This document shows, piece after piece, positions 36,591 to 50,566 of a stretch of DNA of 64,000 nucleotides (the first letter of the stretch is position 1; the number at the start of each line of letters is the position of its first letter). The notes under the pieces were generated by a model that ran no database searches, was not told where the DNA came from, and worked only from the letters and a program-made list of their open reading frames with translations. The stretch is from Magallana gigas (taxonomy: Eukaryota). Where the stretch lies: the NCBI RefSeq assembly GCF_963853765.1, contig NC_088861.1, positions 14,260,001 through 14,324,000 on the forward strand, written 5' to 3'. The position numbers and the translations under genes were made by a program.

Positions 36591-39465
36591 ATGACGGCAC
36601 AAAACAGAATTTGTATGTGTGTTCTCATTTTTACTGGTCGAGTCTTGTTGTCAGTTGGACTATCATCACAAACACCAGAAAGGTAGTTCATTCAGTTCAT
36701 TTAGCTATATTTGCTTTTACTGACAATCATTTCTTCTGTTATATTACATACTATATTTTTTAATCTCATATTTATTTTGTCTTTTTCGGAATGTCAATTA
36801 GTTTTCAACACTCTGAATTTACAGTATTGAAGATTACACCATTGGAATACAGTGCAAGACTTGGGATGCTTCTTTCAGTAAATGCAAAGGTCAGGGGGGA
36901 AATCTTACTTGCAATTTGAAACTGCTTTGTTAATTGTTCTGTTTTCATTTTTTGTCAGCTTTGACACATTTATAAAAATATTGTTCGTTTTTTTCTTTAC
37001 ATCAAACATACAATAAATCTCCAGCTTTGTTTAATTAATTTGAATTTAGAAATTTTTACATTTGATCATTTCCTTTTCTCAGAGTGTCATAGTGGATTTT
37101 TGGGAATAAATTGCATGCCATGTCGCTACCCTAGCTATGGAAGGGACTGTCAAAAAAAGTGTAACTGTAATGAAACTTTCTGCAATCCATCGACTGGATG
37201 TGAAGGTATGTTTAAACAATTTAATGGTTCACAAAATAATTTATTCTTTAAACACTTGCATTAAAAAAACAATTATTTTAAATTCAGATGGCTCACCTAC
37301 ACTTCCACCGATATCGACCTCACTCATCATTGAGAAGATCTCTGTTACTCAGATTATGACTTTGAAAACTAGTAAATATATTTATTTTTTAATGGTTATG
37401 GGATAACTTGAAATAGCTATATTTTTATACTTAAACACCTTATAAATGTAGCTGCAGCTTGTTCTGTTGGTTACTTTGGAAGTAGCTGCGATAAACCGTG
37501 TCGATATCCATCATTTGGTTTCCATTGCCAGTCTGAGTGTATTTGCAGTGAGGAAAAATGTGACCACGTAGTAGGTTGTAATGGTAAGTTAGTGTTTGCT
37601 TTAGTTGTGTGTAACTTCTAACAGGTGTTCGTGTTTGATTTTATTCATATTTGTATTGGCACAACAAAATGTATTCTCCAAAAATAAATTGTACAATTCA
37701 GTGTTTAGATACATACAATTAACATGTTATCATGTCATGAGAAGAACAATATTTATCTACATATCTAATAAGAATTAACATATTTTTTTAATTGCCATTT
37801 AACGCTAAAATATATCTATATTGCGCTTAATTTTTAAGATCTAAAAGGCGTTGAGATTTTAACGAAAATAAAAGCAATCTGTTATTGGCTCGGTTATAAC
37901 TTTGTATCATTATTATTTGATCCACAAGGAATTGCATAAAGGATAGTAAAAATGTGTCGTATTAATGAATTTGACGTTATATGTGTACATTTCTAAAGAG
38001 CTCATCCTGGTTTCACATGTCGTTGAATGTTAAAAGGGAATGTAACACGGACAGGGAAATAAATTTTAGCATTAAACCATATCATAGTTATTATTCTTGC
38101 TTATTTTTAATCAATAGTGACTTTTTTAACAATTTTTTTTTAAAAAAAAAACCAATGATACAAAATATCGCTAGATCAGATACTGATATTTGCATTTGGA
38201 CAAAGCTGTGTGCCATTTACACATCATTTGATTCTTTATTCGGTTTATTATTGTGATATATTAGATCAATGCTAATATTTCATTGATAACGTCAAATTCT
38301 TTTATTTCAGATAATGACTTTGAAAACAAGTGAATATTATATTTTTAATGGTTATGGGATAACATGAAATAGCTATATTTTAATCCTTATACACCTTTAA
38401 AATGTAGCTGCAGATTGCCCTGTCGGTTTCTTTGGAAGTAGCTGCGATAAACCGTGTCGATATCCATCATTTGGACTCCATTGCCAGTCTGAGTGTATTT
38501 GCAGTGAGGAAAATTGTAACCACGTAGTAGGTTGTAACGGTAAGTTAGTGTTTTCTTTAGCTGTGTGTAACTTCTAACAGATGTTGCGTTTGGTTTTATT
38601 CATATTTGTATTGGCACGACAGCTTGTATTCTCCAAAAATAACTGTTTTACAATTCAGTGTCCAAATAAAATTAATATGTTATCATGTTATAAAAAGAAT
38701 AATATTCATCTACATCGTGCATCGCAATTAACAGATTTTTAAAAATGAAACGTTTTTAAGAATTAACATAATATTTCATTTAATCGCCATTTGACGCCAT
38801 AATGTATCTATTGCACATCATTTTTGGAATCTTATGGCGTTGAAATTTTAACGAAGCTAAACGCAATCCGCCTTTGGCTCGGTTATAACTTTGTATCATG
38901 ATTATTTGATCTACCAGAAATTACAGTAAGGGTAGTACAAATTTGTCATATTAATAAAATTTGACTTTATTTGTATACATTTCTAAAGAGCTCATCCTGG
39001 TTTCATATATTGTTTCATGTTACAAAAGGGAATGTAACACGGACGGAGAAATGAAGTTTAGCATTGCACCATATCATAGTAATTATTTTTGCTCATTAAT
39101 AATCATTAAGTGGGGTTTTTTTTTTTGGTTTTTTTTTTACAATATAAATTTTATTTTAGAAAAAAAAATAATGATACATATTATCGCTAGATCAGATACT
39201 GATATTTGCATTTTATCAAAGCTGTGTGCCAGTTTACTGTTGTAATATATTAGATCAGTGCTATTATTTCATTGCCTTGATAACGTCAAATTCTTTTATT
39301 TTAGAATCGTCCATATTCTGTAACTTTGAGGAGGGCCACGAATTACAAGCTTTGGTATATAGTACAGTGGTGCTAAGTGTCTGGGCGATTCTTCAAATCA
39401 GCATCTATCTATATTTAGCATTGCATTCCTCGTCAGCAATTCAATTAAATATAAGTTATACGTAA
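36591..39465 (+). CDS. Compact EGF gene A3 with three EGF exons and a TM exon, ~258 aa
   Basis: Exons 36591-36682, 36825-36889, 37083-37205, 37288-37371, 37458-37583, 38414-38539 and 39305-39465 (TM ALVYSTVVLSVWAILQISIYLYLAL). The third EGF exon comes from an internal ~957-bp duplication. A potential 19-nt micro-exon lies at 38311-38329. Confidence 0.8.
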
Positions 39466-41114
39466 CGAATAAACATGACCACTTCCCTTGTTTACATAGA
39501 TTATGCAATTCCACTTTGTATATGTCAAATTTTGTATGGTTCATATTGATAGTTCGTAATAATTATTAAACTCAACTTAAAAGAAATCTGGAGTAAAGTA
39601 TTCCATATTCTTCATAGTTGATGTGTTATTGAGGAAAACCTTTATGTTACCATGTTATCGAAATCCAAGGCGACTTCCCTTGGAATTGAAAAATAGATGC
39701 AGATGGTATTTTGTCATATCTGTTATATGAATTTTGTCTCATACTTTAACTTTTTAGACTTTGCTCAGAAAAAATTATCATGGCTATGTTTATTAGAACA
39801 TCAATTTGAAAAAAAGCGGTTTTATTAGAGTCGCATATTTAGACTCCGTTTTTTTTGGTTTGCGTGTACTTACTGTAATTAAAATGTCAGCTTTGTTGTG
39901 ATATGTAAAGCTCATATGATTTCATTTTAATGTTAACTAGAGTTGCTAATGATACAAGAAATATTTATGTAGATATAAGATGTGAATTGTAATCTAACAT
40001 AATACAAACAAAATTGTTTAATGAGTGTGTTATTTTGTGTAATAAAAATTTTAAGCAGTCGGAAAAATGTGTTATTCTGTTATCGGATTTTTTTATCAAA
40101 ATTTTAAAGTTAAGATTATTTTTACCTGAGCCTATGGATGCGGTCTGTCGTTATTGTCGTCATTACTTTCGTCGTCTTGACTTTGTTCATTTGTATTAAT
40201 AATTTATGTTGCCATTTTTACCAGGAAAAATCGTTGAAGATCATCGGAAAAATATTCCATTTCTGTTCTATTCCACAAAACCTTAATTCTTTTTTGTATC
40301 CATTAGGCATTGTATTATCACCACATTTCATAACAATGTAGAATGTGGTTGACATATTCTTTTGTTAAGTTTTGCAATTTGGAATTATTAATAAGGAATG
40401 TTACTTTCACAATATTACAGTTCAAAATTAATGTAGTTTTTTTTACATCAACTCCCCTTTTAGAAATATAACAATTGTTGACATATGGTAAACAATAAAA
40501 GCCGGAACTTATCGTGTTATACTTATTTTGTAAAAGATACATGTAGTTTTGGAAACAATTTTGAAAAAAATGAAACAAGTAGTAAATGTTTCTGTTTCTG
40601 AAACTTTAATTACACAATTTGACAACTCGTATATTGGATTTGAATCTATAGAAAGCATCTGTAAATTGCTTTCAAATTAGGAATTTTGGAGAAATTGCCA
40701 ATTACTTACGTGATTTTTTAAGTAAAGCGGCATTTTAATAAGTCTCAACCACAACAGCAATTGTGAGAGTAACTGCATTGCCCAACTATATTTATTGCCA
40801 ACATTTTTTGAGGTATACATATTAACCTATGCAGTATAGAATTTAGTTCTTTAATCCTTTTAAAAAGCATAAAAAAATAATAAAATAATCACACTTTTAA
40901 CAAATGTATAGTAGAGGTGCTGACTCATTTGATAGCGTCGACTGATTTAAATACGGAGGCCCCGAATGTGTCCCTATATCGATATCGATATATACCGCGG
41001 TTACGTGATTGTAACCTTAAGCAAATTACTTTACTCTACTTGTGCATTCTATCCATCCATACAAGATGTGTCATGTTTGGTCGGAAAGAGAGCTCCAAGA
41101 GTAATCCTAATTTG

Positions 41115-42849
41115 CACAGGATGAATGACCATCTTTAAGTCCTCCTTAAAGATAGCTTAAAGGTGTTTAAAGGTAGCTTAAAGACGATCTTTAAGCCACC
41201 TTTAAGCTACCTTTAAGCTATATGTATTGCTTAAAGGTGGCTTAAAGAAAGCGTAAAGATGGCTTAAAGGCAGCTTAAAGACTATCTTTAAGCCACCTTT
41301 AAGCCACCTTTAAGGACAACTTATAGGTCCTTAATGTCCAAACTTCTTTAAGCCACCTTTAAGCTACCTTTAAGCTACCTTTAAGCCACCTTTAAGCCAT
41401 TAAAAAAAAATTAATTCAATATTGTGCCTAATTTCCAACAAAAAGTATTCACATTATAAAAGAAAAAATATTAAAACGGTTTTTGTTCTAGAAAGAAAAA
41501 TGAAAAAAAAAACAAAAACAAAAAACCGACCACGGCGAGAATTGAACCCAGGTCCCTTAGTTTACTAGCATCACCACACATCCTCTGCGCCACGGCAACT
41601 TACATATATAAGAGCGTTTTATATCCTATATATCAGTGGATATTGAATCACTGTATTGAATGTGTTTACTTGAAAAGATTTTGACAAACCATTCAGTTGT
41701 AACAATCACTTATATCTAATTTATAAATTACATGTATGCATGTATTTAGAATGAAATACGGAACTTGGTCTTCAGTGAACAAAAATATATCATACCTAAA
41801 TGGAAACCGTTAGGTTCACTATAGTAGGCTTTCTTACATGTAGTTAATAAATTTAAACCGAGTAGATATACGTTCATCTTATTAATAGCTATAGAAATGT
41901 AAGAAAGAAAATGAAATTATTTCTTTTATTAAATGCATTGATACTATTAGGGTATTTGTTCAATTTCCCGCAATTTCCCGGTTTTCATGATCGCGGCGCC
42001 GTTCCAATATGTTTAAATATTTACATGTAATTGTATGTACATGATTTATAAACTCTCAATTCTATCACAAACAAAATTACCAATTACCGGTGACGTATTT
42101 ACTGCATGTGGCAATTGCAAATGACTTGTACATACAATTGTATGATGTGCCAGGCCGGGTATATTTGACATATTTACCCTTATACATATATTTAAATAAT
42201 CAACCCCTATTTATGATCACCGGTACATTAATTAATGAGCCTCAAGATTTTACTCTTACATACCTGTATCGTTAATTTGTAGACGTAACATCTTTGAAAC
42301 CCAGAGCTAGGAAATAATACTTTGAAAATGAATTACAAATGTAAATTAACTTTTATTCACTAGACTTATCGTATACTCGTACATAGTAAGATTCAACGCC
42401 TTTAGAAACCCTGACGTGCACCTGGGCACACGACACACCTGTTGTGTATATCTTGTATATTCTGTGTTAGTTCCAGGGGTTTTCTTAAGTTGGACAAACA
42501 ATAGACTTTAATTAGATATACACAAACATGCACCTGGGCACACGACACAACTGTTGTGTATATCTTGTATATTCTGTGTTAGTTCCAGGGGTTTTCTTAA
42601 GTTGGACAAACAATAGACTCTAATTAGATATACACAAACGAACAAAACTATGTCTAGACAAACAAAGCAGTAATATCCTGCCCAATATAACAAAGGCAGT
42701 TGAGAGTCTTTTCATCTTTAACATGTATCTAGCAGATCTAGAGTTAGAAATAATGAAAATTGAAAAAAAAAATACAAACCTTAAACCGATTAACAAATTA
42801 AATCATGCATTTTTTGTTCATTATCTTTATTTTGTTTAATAACCGGATG

Positions 42850-42921
<72 letters not shown>

Positions 42922-43500
42922 TTTTTTTCACCGATTAATTTATAATAGAAAACAAACATACTTTAATTAGTTTTATGCACATATTAAGATACAGAGACTG
43001 CGCTCATCCCTACAATAATTTTGAAACCCCCAAAAAATTATAAAGAATTTTATAATGGCAATCTGTGTCCATCGGAGCGGTCCTGATGATAGCGATCTGC
43101 GTTTAATGGAGCGACGATTAAAACCGCCTGGAACACCCCCCCCCCCTTCCTTGGAAATTATATTATCACTCGGATGACCCCCTCCCATCCCTATAAAAGA
43201 GCTTTAAATTTGCATTTAATATATGTTTTTATTGTTCAGCTTGATCAATATTGACTTAAAGGCCACTTAAAAACAGTGTAAAGGCAGTGTAACGAGAGTG
43301 TAAATGCCACTTAAAGATGCTTAAAGGTGGATTAAAGGTGGTTTAAAGGTGGCTTAAAGAAGTTTGAACATTAAGGACCTATAAGCACTTGCTTAAAGGT
43401 GACTTAAAGGCGGCTTAAAGGTTGTATAGCCTTTAAGCTCCTTTAAGTCACCTTTAAGCCACCTTTAAGGACTTGCTTAAAGATGGTTTTTCGCCCTGTG
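41115..43500 (-). mobile_element. 2.4-kb CACAG-ended element, copy 2 (inverted relative to 15334-17707)
   Basis: Reverse complement of copy 1 throughout, including the 11-bp subterminal arrays, the 112-bp duplication and (GA)n at 42855-42919. No TSD, and the flanks indicate an adjacent deletion. Confidence 0.88.
41526..41599 (-). ncRNA. tRNA-derived Pol III-like segment, copy 2
   Basis: Reverse strand reads gttgccgtggcgcagagg...gggttcaattctcgccgtggtcgg followed by T runs. Confidence 0.55.
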
Positions 43501-44254
43501 GTTGATCACAAAAATGCATTTTTAACAGGTAAAATGTTAAGTGATATTTGTGTGTTATCACAGAGAAAAGATATTGTCGATATTTAAACTTGATTCCCTT
43601 TTATCAGCTAAACAACAGGTAATATACAGAGATTGCATAGTCAAATGTTTTAAAGGACATATTCTCACCCTACTTGGGAACATCTACAAACATTTTCTGG
43701 TTTGATTTCCTATTTCTACATTTATGAAATTGAAACCGAATGGATAAGCGCTTAGAATATATCAGTATTTGGTCAAAATAGAAAACACATGTGAAGATGG
43801 TAATACAAAGAGACTTTAAAGGATCAAATCAATCCATAGTTATTAATGCTGTGTTTAATAACATCATTTTTTTCCAACACCAACACGTTGAAAACTTGCC
43901 AACATGTCTTTTTTGTAGAAGCCTTTGTTTCGTTACTATAATTTGAAGAGTCGTACCTTCCGCACAGCTGTGCTTAAGGTACACTATCTTATTTACTAAC
44001 TATAACTACAAAAATAAAACTTTAGTGAAAAAAAATTGTTCAACAATCTACCATTTATGTCAGTAAAAATTTCTGGGGGTTTTTATGAAAACAATTTCGA
44101 CTCTTTTTCCATGAACGGAGATTAAATATTGGACAGGATTTTTTTACCCGGATAGCCTAACCGTATAATGCTAAATGAGCTATAATGAATGTCATGCGTT
44201 ATTAAACATAATGTATTAAAGGTTATGTAGAAAACAGAACAGGATTAAACAGTT

Positions 44255-44535
44255 AATTAGGGTCTTCCTTTTTTAACGGAAAACATTATAGTGATTGTAG
44301 TGTTTTTTCTTTCTTTCTAATTTTTTATTATTTTTTTTTCCTTTTTGTCGGCAGAATTTCTTAAAGATGGCTAGATAGATTTTCATGAAATTTTTAGGGA
44401 TGACAGAAAATGATAATATCTTGAGGCGTTTCTTTTATTCATTTTTTTTTTCAAAATTCATTTCCGTTTGTCCTTTTCTTGTCCCGGGACAAAAAACCTT
44501 GTCACCTCGAGATCTGAAAAAACGGTAAGAACTCC
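44255..44535 (+). mobile_element. Possible Helentron-type non-autonomous element fragment
   Basis: Starts ttagggtcttcc...aacggaaaac (imperfect hairpin) and contains cttaaagatggctagatagattttcatgaaa. It resembles mollusc Helentron-derived repeats from memory only; not verified. Confidence 0.3.
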
Positions 44536-47352
44536 CATCTCCATTTCCAGAAATGTATCGAAATAACAATGCATTCTGTTTACCATTTACAAACTTCAAA
44601 ACAATTACTGTAAGATATCCCGCTGATGTAATTGGAAATAATTGTCAAATACTTTCTCCATTTTCTGAATGGTATGAGGTGTTAGACAAAATGTAAATTA
44701 AAAAAAAAACTCTCGATTTCCTCGTAGTCATGTAAAAGGGACATAACCATGATTTGAGAATATTATTCCAATTGTTTAATGCTTACAATACATGAAATTC
44801 AATGTGGTATTTCAATTGTTTAACCAAAATGCGGATTTTGAATGTCGAGTTACAAGCATGAAAGTACTCTCTTTGTTATGTGAACAATGCTCATGCCATG
44901 CTTTTGTTTATATTGCTTCGATATTGCAATAGTGTAGTCAGAGATCTGTTTTAAACAGAATTTATCTATCTGCCATTTTGTTTTGATTATAAATGTACAA
45001 TATCTAGTATCTGTCGCCTTAAGTTTGGTTATAAACCTTATATTTTTATACAACTTTCCGGTAACAAAATGGTTTAAATCTATTAAATATAAAGAATTAT
45101 GAGCTCTCTATATGCAATATAATTTGACGACTGACACTAAGATTTTTGTTGACATTTGAAAATACATTAGCAGTACATATCAAATATCTGAAGAAAAAAC
45201 CTGTCACATTTCAGCCCAACTCGTTACAATATCCTTTTAGCAAACAGAAAACCAAATCAAACTATTTTTTTTACTTTTTTTTCTAAATTTATATATTCTA
45301 TTTATATACATTGAACCTACAAGGAACTTTTCATTATCTGAAGTGAGCAGTACAAGGAATACGTAATGTTACGTTTTTGCGTTTTTTAACCTTTATGTGT
45401 ATACCCTGGAGCAGTACGTCCGGTTATATTTTCCCTACATGTCACACAATGTTATGCGTCAAAAACAGGGAAATTAGAGTATTTTTCAAAGACAAAATGT
45501 AACGTAAAGACTTAAACTTTTTCAAGAACAATAATACTAACTTATAGTTTATTTGCATAAAATAAATGTTTGTGCCTTTTATAAAACATTATTTGTGTAT
45601 TTATATCGAATGTATTCTGATGTATATTTCAGTTTTTGAATAAAATTATTTATCATTGTTACATGTAACCTTTATATTTTTCTTAGTTAACTTTACACTC
45701 TGTTACAGCAGGCAAAATCATGGAACATAAGCAGTGTTGTACAGAACCGTAAATCTATAGCAAACAATGATAAATTGACGCATACAGAGAAGTGATTTTC
45801 CTTCACCGTGACGAATTACGCTTATATCAAAGTAAAATTGCACGTCCCTGGGATTCGTTATAAACATTTATACAGGTTAAAATAAATTTAAATAAATTTG
45901 CTAAACATAATTTGTTTCGTTTACACATTACTGCGATAACAATAAATCATCTACGCATTTTTTTCATGCCAGGAAACATAATGTATACAGTTTAATGCTT
46001 TTTTTTAAGAGCAAAGCATGCACATTTAACAAATAAATGAACAAAATCTAAGAACATGAAAGAAATGCTAAACGCCGGTCACAAATTTAGGCCTTACGTT
46101 TTTTCTTTGTTTAGCATCCATCCAAAAGTTTTTTTTAAAAACCCACAAATCAACAGAAAACACATTTTTAGTAAATAAATCAAACCTATTTTATTTAATT
46201 TTTAGTATCTTCTTTAAACTGTAAGAATAATTGCTAAATAAATTTTACGATCTTTTGCTGAAATGGTAAAACAATGCAAATTTAAGACCTTAGTGTATGT
46301 ATTTTCAAACATTAAGAGTACATATGAATTATTTTTTGGGACATGTTTGCTTAGAATTTTTTAAAATTTTCATTCTTAAAAAAACAATCCGTCCACAAAC
46401 GCTTAACGTAGAAAAAAAAAACTTAGAATGGCGGTAAAGAAATCGAAGAGTTTACATACCTGTGTGACAGTGCCTCGTTACATGTATGTGTGTCCAGTTT
46501 TAAATAATTAACGTTAGTGAAACAGATAAAGGTAGGTGAGCTCAGTTCAATCTGATTGTTCAAGTTTACCCGAACTGGGTTATCTAGCTAAAACAATGCA
46601 CAACTAGTTCTTCTAAGGCATCGGTATGGACGGTAATAATAATCTTAATCAAACGCAGGACATTTTTAAACAAACAAAAAGTTGAATCTAAAGCTATCTA
46701 GTGTTTTATCAAGGGTTTCATTGAAATATAAAAACAATGGTTTTTTTACAAATTGCTATTACTAATGAATCAAGAACAAATTTAACATATGTGGAAACCA
46801 TGTACATGTATTATCAAACGCTGGATATTATTAAACAAACAAAAAGTTGAATCTAAAGTTATTCAGTGTTTTTTTAAGGGTTTCATTGACACATAATTAC
46901 AATGCTTTTTTCCAGTTGATGGTACTAATGAAATAAGAACAAAATTGAACATGTGTAGACAACATGTATTAGTGATTATGTATTTGTGAGTCTTGTGTAT
47001 TGTGTTTGTTATTTTTTTATTTATTAGTTTAAATAAATAAGAAATATATTAATTTCTCTCTTCTTAGTTCCTAAAGATGATTTATAATAAAGATAAAACA
47101 AAATGTGTTATAGATTGTTGATTAAAACAGATATTGATAAAACTTTATTGAAACGTAAAAATACCAATTACTCACGTTAGTTAAACAGTCTGTTGTTTGG
47201 ATTGAAATACCAGGGCAGTATTAATTTCCGTTTAAAAAGGAAACAGTAATTTTGTTAAAATCATTGATATGTCGTTTTTAATTAAAACGTGTATTTCCGA
47301 ACGATCCAGAGCTTTTTAGTTAGAAAAAAATCTTCTCAGACAAATGCTTTAG

Positions 47353-49260
47353 ATGGCAACACAGAAGGGATTTTATATTTGTGTTCTTCTTTGTACCGGT
47401 CGTGTCTTGTTGTTTGTTGGACTATCAAGACAAACACCAGCAAGGTACTTCGTTTAGTTCATGTTATTACTTACAATCATTTATTTTGTTATATTACAGA
47501 CTATATTCTAATGTCTTATTTTTTGTCTTTTTCGGAAAGTCAATTTGTTTTGAACCCTCTGATTTTGCAGTGTTCAAGATTATACCGCTGGAATACACTG
47601 TAAGACTTGGGATGCTCTTTTCAGTAAATGTAAAGGTCAGGAGGAAAATCTTACTTGTAATTTTAAACTCTGTTATCTATTGTTTTGTTTTGGGTTTTGT
47701 CAACACTGACACATGTATATAAATGTATTGGGGGTTGGATTTAACATGCAATAAATATTCAACTTCGTTGGATTTAGTTGAATTTGAAATTTTTACATTT
47801 TATTTTTTATTTTTACTTCTTTTTTAGAGTGTCATAGAGGATTTGTTGGATTAAATTGCACAGTGCAATGTCGCTACCCTAGTTACGGAGGCGCGTGTCA
47901 AGATAAATGTAACTGTGAACAAACTTTCTGCAATCCATCAACTGGATGTGATGGTGTGTTTAAACAATTTTAATGGTTTACAAAAAATTATTCTTTAAAA
48001 TCTTGCATTATTGAAAACAAAAATTTTATATACAGATGGATCACCTACACTTCCACCGACATCAACCTCAATTGTCATTGAGAAGATCTCTGTAGCTCGG
48101 ATAATGACTTTGAAAACAAGTAAATATCATATTTTTGAATGGTTATGGAATAATCGTAAATGGGTTTATTTTAATGCTTAAACACCTTTTTAAATATAGC
48201 TGCAGCGTGCTCTGTCGGTTTCTATGGAAGTAGCTGCGATAAACCGTGTCGATATCTATCATTTGGATTCCATTGCCAGTCAGAGTGTATTTGCAGTGAG
48301 GAAAATTGTGATCACGTTGTAGGTTGTAATGGTAAGTTAGTGTTTGCTTTAGTTGTGTGTAACTTCTAACAGAAGTTGTGTTTGATTTTATTTATTTTTG
48401 TATTGACACGACAGCATGTATTCTCAAAAAATAACTGTTATACAATTCAGTGTTAGATAATATTAACATGTTATCATGTTATAAAAAGAACAATATTCAT
48501 CTACATCATGCATCACAGTTTACAAATTTAAAAAATGAAACGTTTTTAAAAATCAACATATTTTATTTAATCGTCATATTTGACGCTAAAATGTATCTAG
48601 TGCACATCATGTTTGTCATCTAATAGGCGTTGAAATTTTAATGAAAATAAAAGCGATCTGCCTTTAGCTCGGTTATAACTTTGTAACATGATAATTTGAT
48701 CCACCAGAAATTACAGAAAGGGTAATGCAAACGTGTCATATCAATGAATATGACTTTATACGTGTACATTTCTAAAGAGCTCATCCTGGTTTCACATATT
48801 GTTGCACGTTACAAAAGGGAATGTAACACGGACAGGGAAATGAATTTTAGCATTACACAATATCATAGTTATTATTATTGCTCATTTTTTATTATTAATG
48901 TTTTTAACAATATAATTTTTATTTTAGAAAAAAACCAATGATAGATATTTATCGCTAAATCAGATACAAATATTTGCATTTGAACAAAGCTTTGTGCCAT
49001 TAACACATCATTTGATTCTTCATTCAGTTTACGATTGTGATATATTAGATCAGTGCTATTATATCTGTGCCTTGATAACGTCAAATTCGTTTATTTTAGA
49101 CTCGTCTACATTCTGTAACTTTGAGGAAGGACACAAGATACAAGCAATGATGTACAGTACTGTGGTGCTAAGTGTGTTGGCGATATTTCAAATCAGCATC
49201 TATCTATATTTAGCATTGCATTCCTCGTCAGCAATACAGTTAAAAATAAGGTATACGTAA
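47353..49260 (+). CDS. Compact two-EGF type I membrane protein gene B3 (B-lineage partner of A3), ~217 aa
   Basis: Exons 47353-47444 (MATQKGFYICVLLCTGRVLLFVGLSRQTPA), 47571-47635, 47828-47953, 48036-48119, 48206-48331 and 49100-49260 (TM AMMYSTVVLSVLAIFQISIYLYLAL). Intact frame. Confidence 0.85.
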
Positions 49261-50495
49261 AGAATAAATACGACGACTTCTCTTGTTTACATACATGATG
49301 CAAACCCAGTTTGTGTATGTCATATTATGCATGGCTCCTACTAGTAGTTCGCAATGATTATTAAACTTAACTCAATATTCTTCACAGTTGACGTGTTCTT
49401 GGGAAAAATTTTATGCTACTTAGTTATCGATATCCAAGACGACTTGCCCTTAGAATTGAAAATTAGATGCAGATGATATTTTGTCCCAGCTGTTATACGT
49501 ATTTTGTCTTATACTTTAACTTTCTTTTAAGACTGTGATAAGTAATTCATTACCGCTAGACAAGAAATTTTGCTTTAAAAAAAAACTTAAGAATATGTTC
49601 AGTAGAACATCAAGTTGAAAAAAGGCGGTTTTATGAGAGTTGCATTTTTCGAAGTTTTTATGGTTTGCGTGCACTCACTGTAATTAAACTTTCAGCTTTG
49701 TAATGATATATAAAGCTAAAGTTTACTAGAGTTTCTAACAATACAAGAAATACTTATGTAGATATTATATGTCAATGGTAATCTAACCTAACACAAACAA
49801 AATTGTTTGATAAGTGTGATATTTTGTGTTTTAAAACTTTTAAGCAGTGGGGAAATGTATTTTTGTTCGTTTTTGGCTTTTTAATCAAAATTTTAAAGTT
49901 AAGGTTATTTTTAGCTAAGCTTTTCTATGCCCTCTGTCGTTAATGTCGTCATTACTTTCGTCTTGATTTTGTACGTTTGTATTAATGATTTATGTTGCCA
50001 TTTTTACCAGAAAAGATCATTCTAGATCATTGGAAAAATATTCCAATTCCGTTCTATTCCATAAAAGCTGCAATTTATTTTCAACAATGAATTCTAGTGA
50101 TACACTTACTTTGTAAAAGAGAGTTTTCGAAATTTTTTAGAAAAAAAAATGAAACAAGTAGTAAATTTTTCTGTTTCTGAATCTTTAGTTACACAATTTT
50201 ACAGATCGTATATTGGATTTGAGTCTATAGAAAGCATATGTAAATTGCTTTCAAAATTAGGAATTCTGAAGAAATTGACAATTACCTTCGTGATTTTTTA
50301 AGTAAATCAACATTTTGATAACTCACACAACGATTGTAAGAGTAACTGCATCCCAACTATAAAACTATGCAGTATAGAATTTAATTTTTTAATTCTTTTC
50401 AAAAACAATACTAAAATAATCACACTTTTAACAAAATGTAGAACTGTTGGGGCATTCGATAGCGTCGAATGATTTGAATACGGTGGTCCCAGATG

Positions 50496-50496
<1 letters not shown>

Positions 50497-50565
<69 letters not shown>
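50497..50565. repeat. (CT)n(AT)n microsatellite expanded inside the conserved downstream block
   Basis: Paralogous copies have only gtgtccatatcgatatatatcg at this position. Confidence 0.9.
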
Positions 50566-50566
<1 letters not shown>

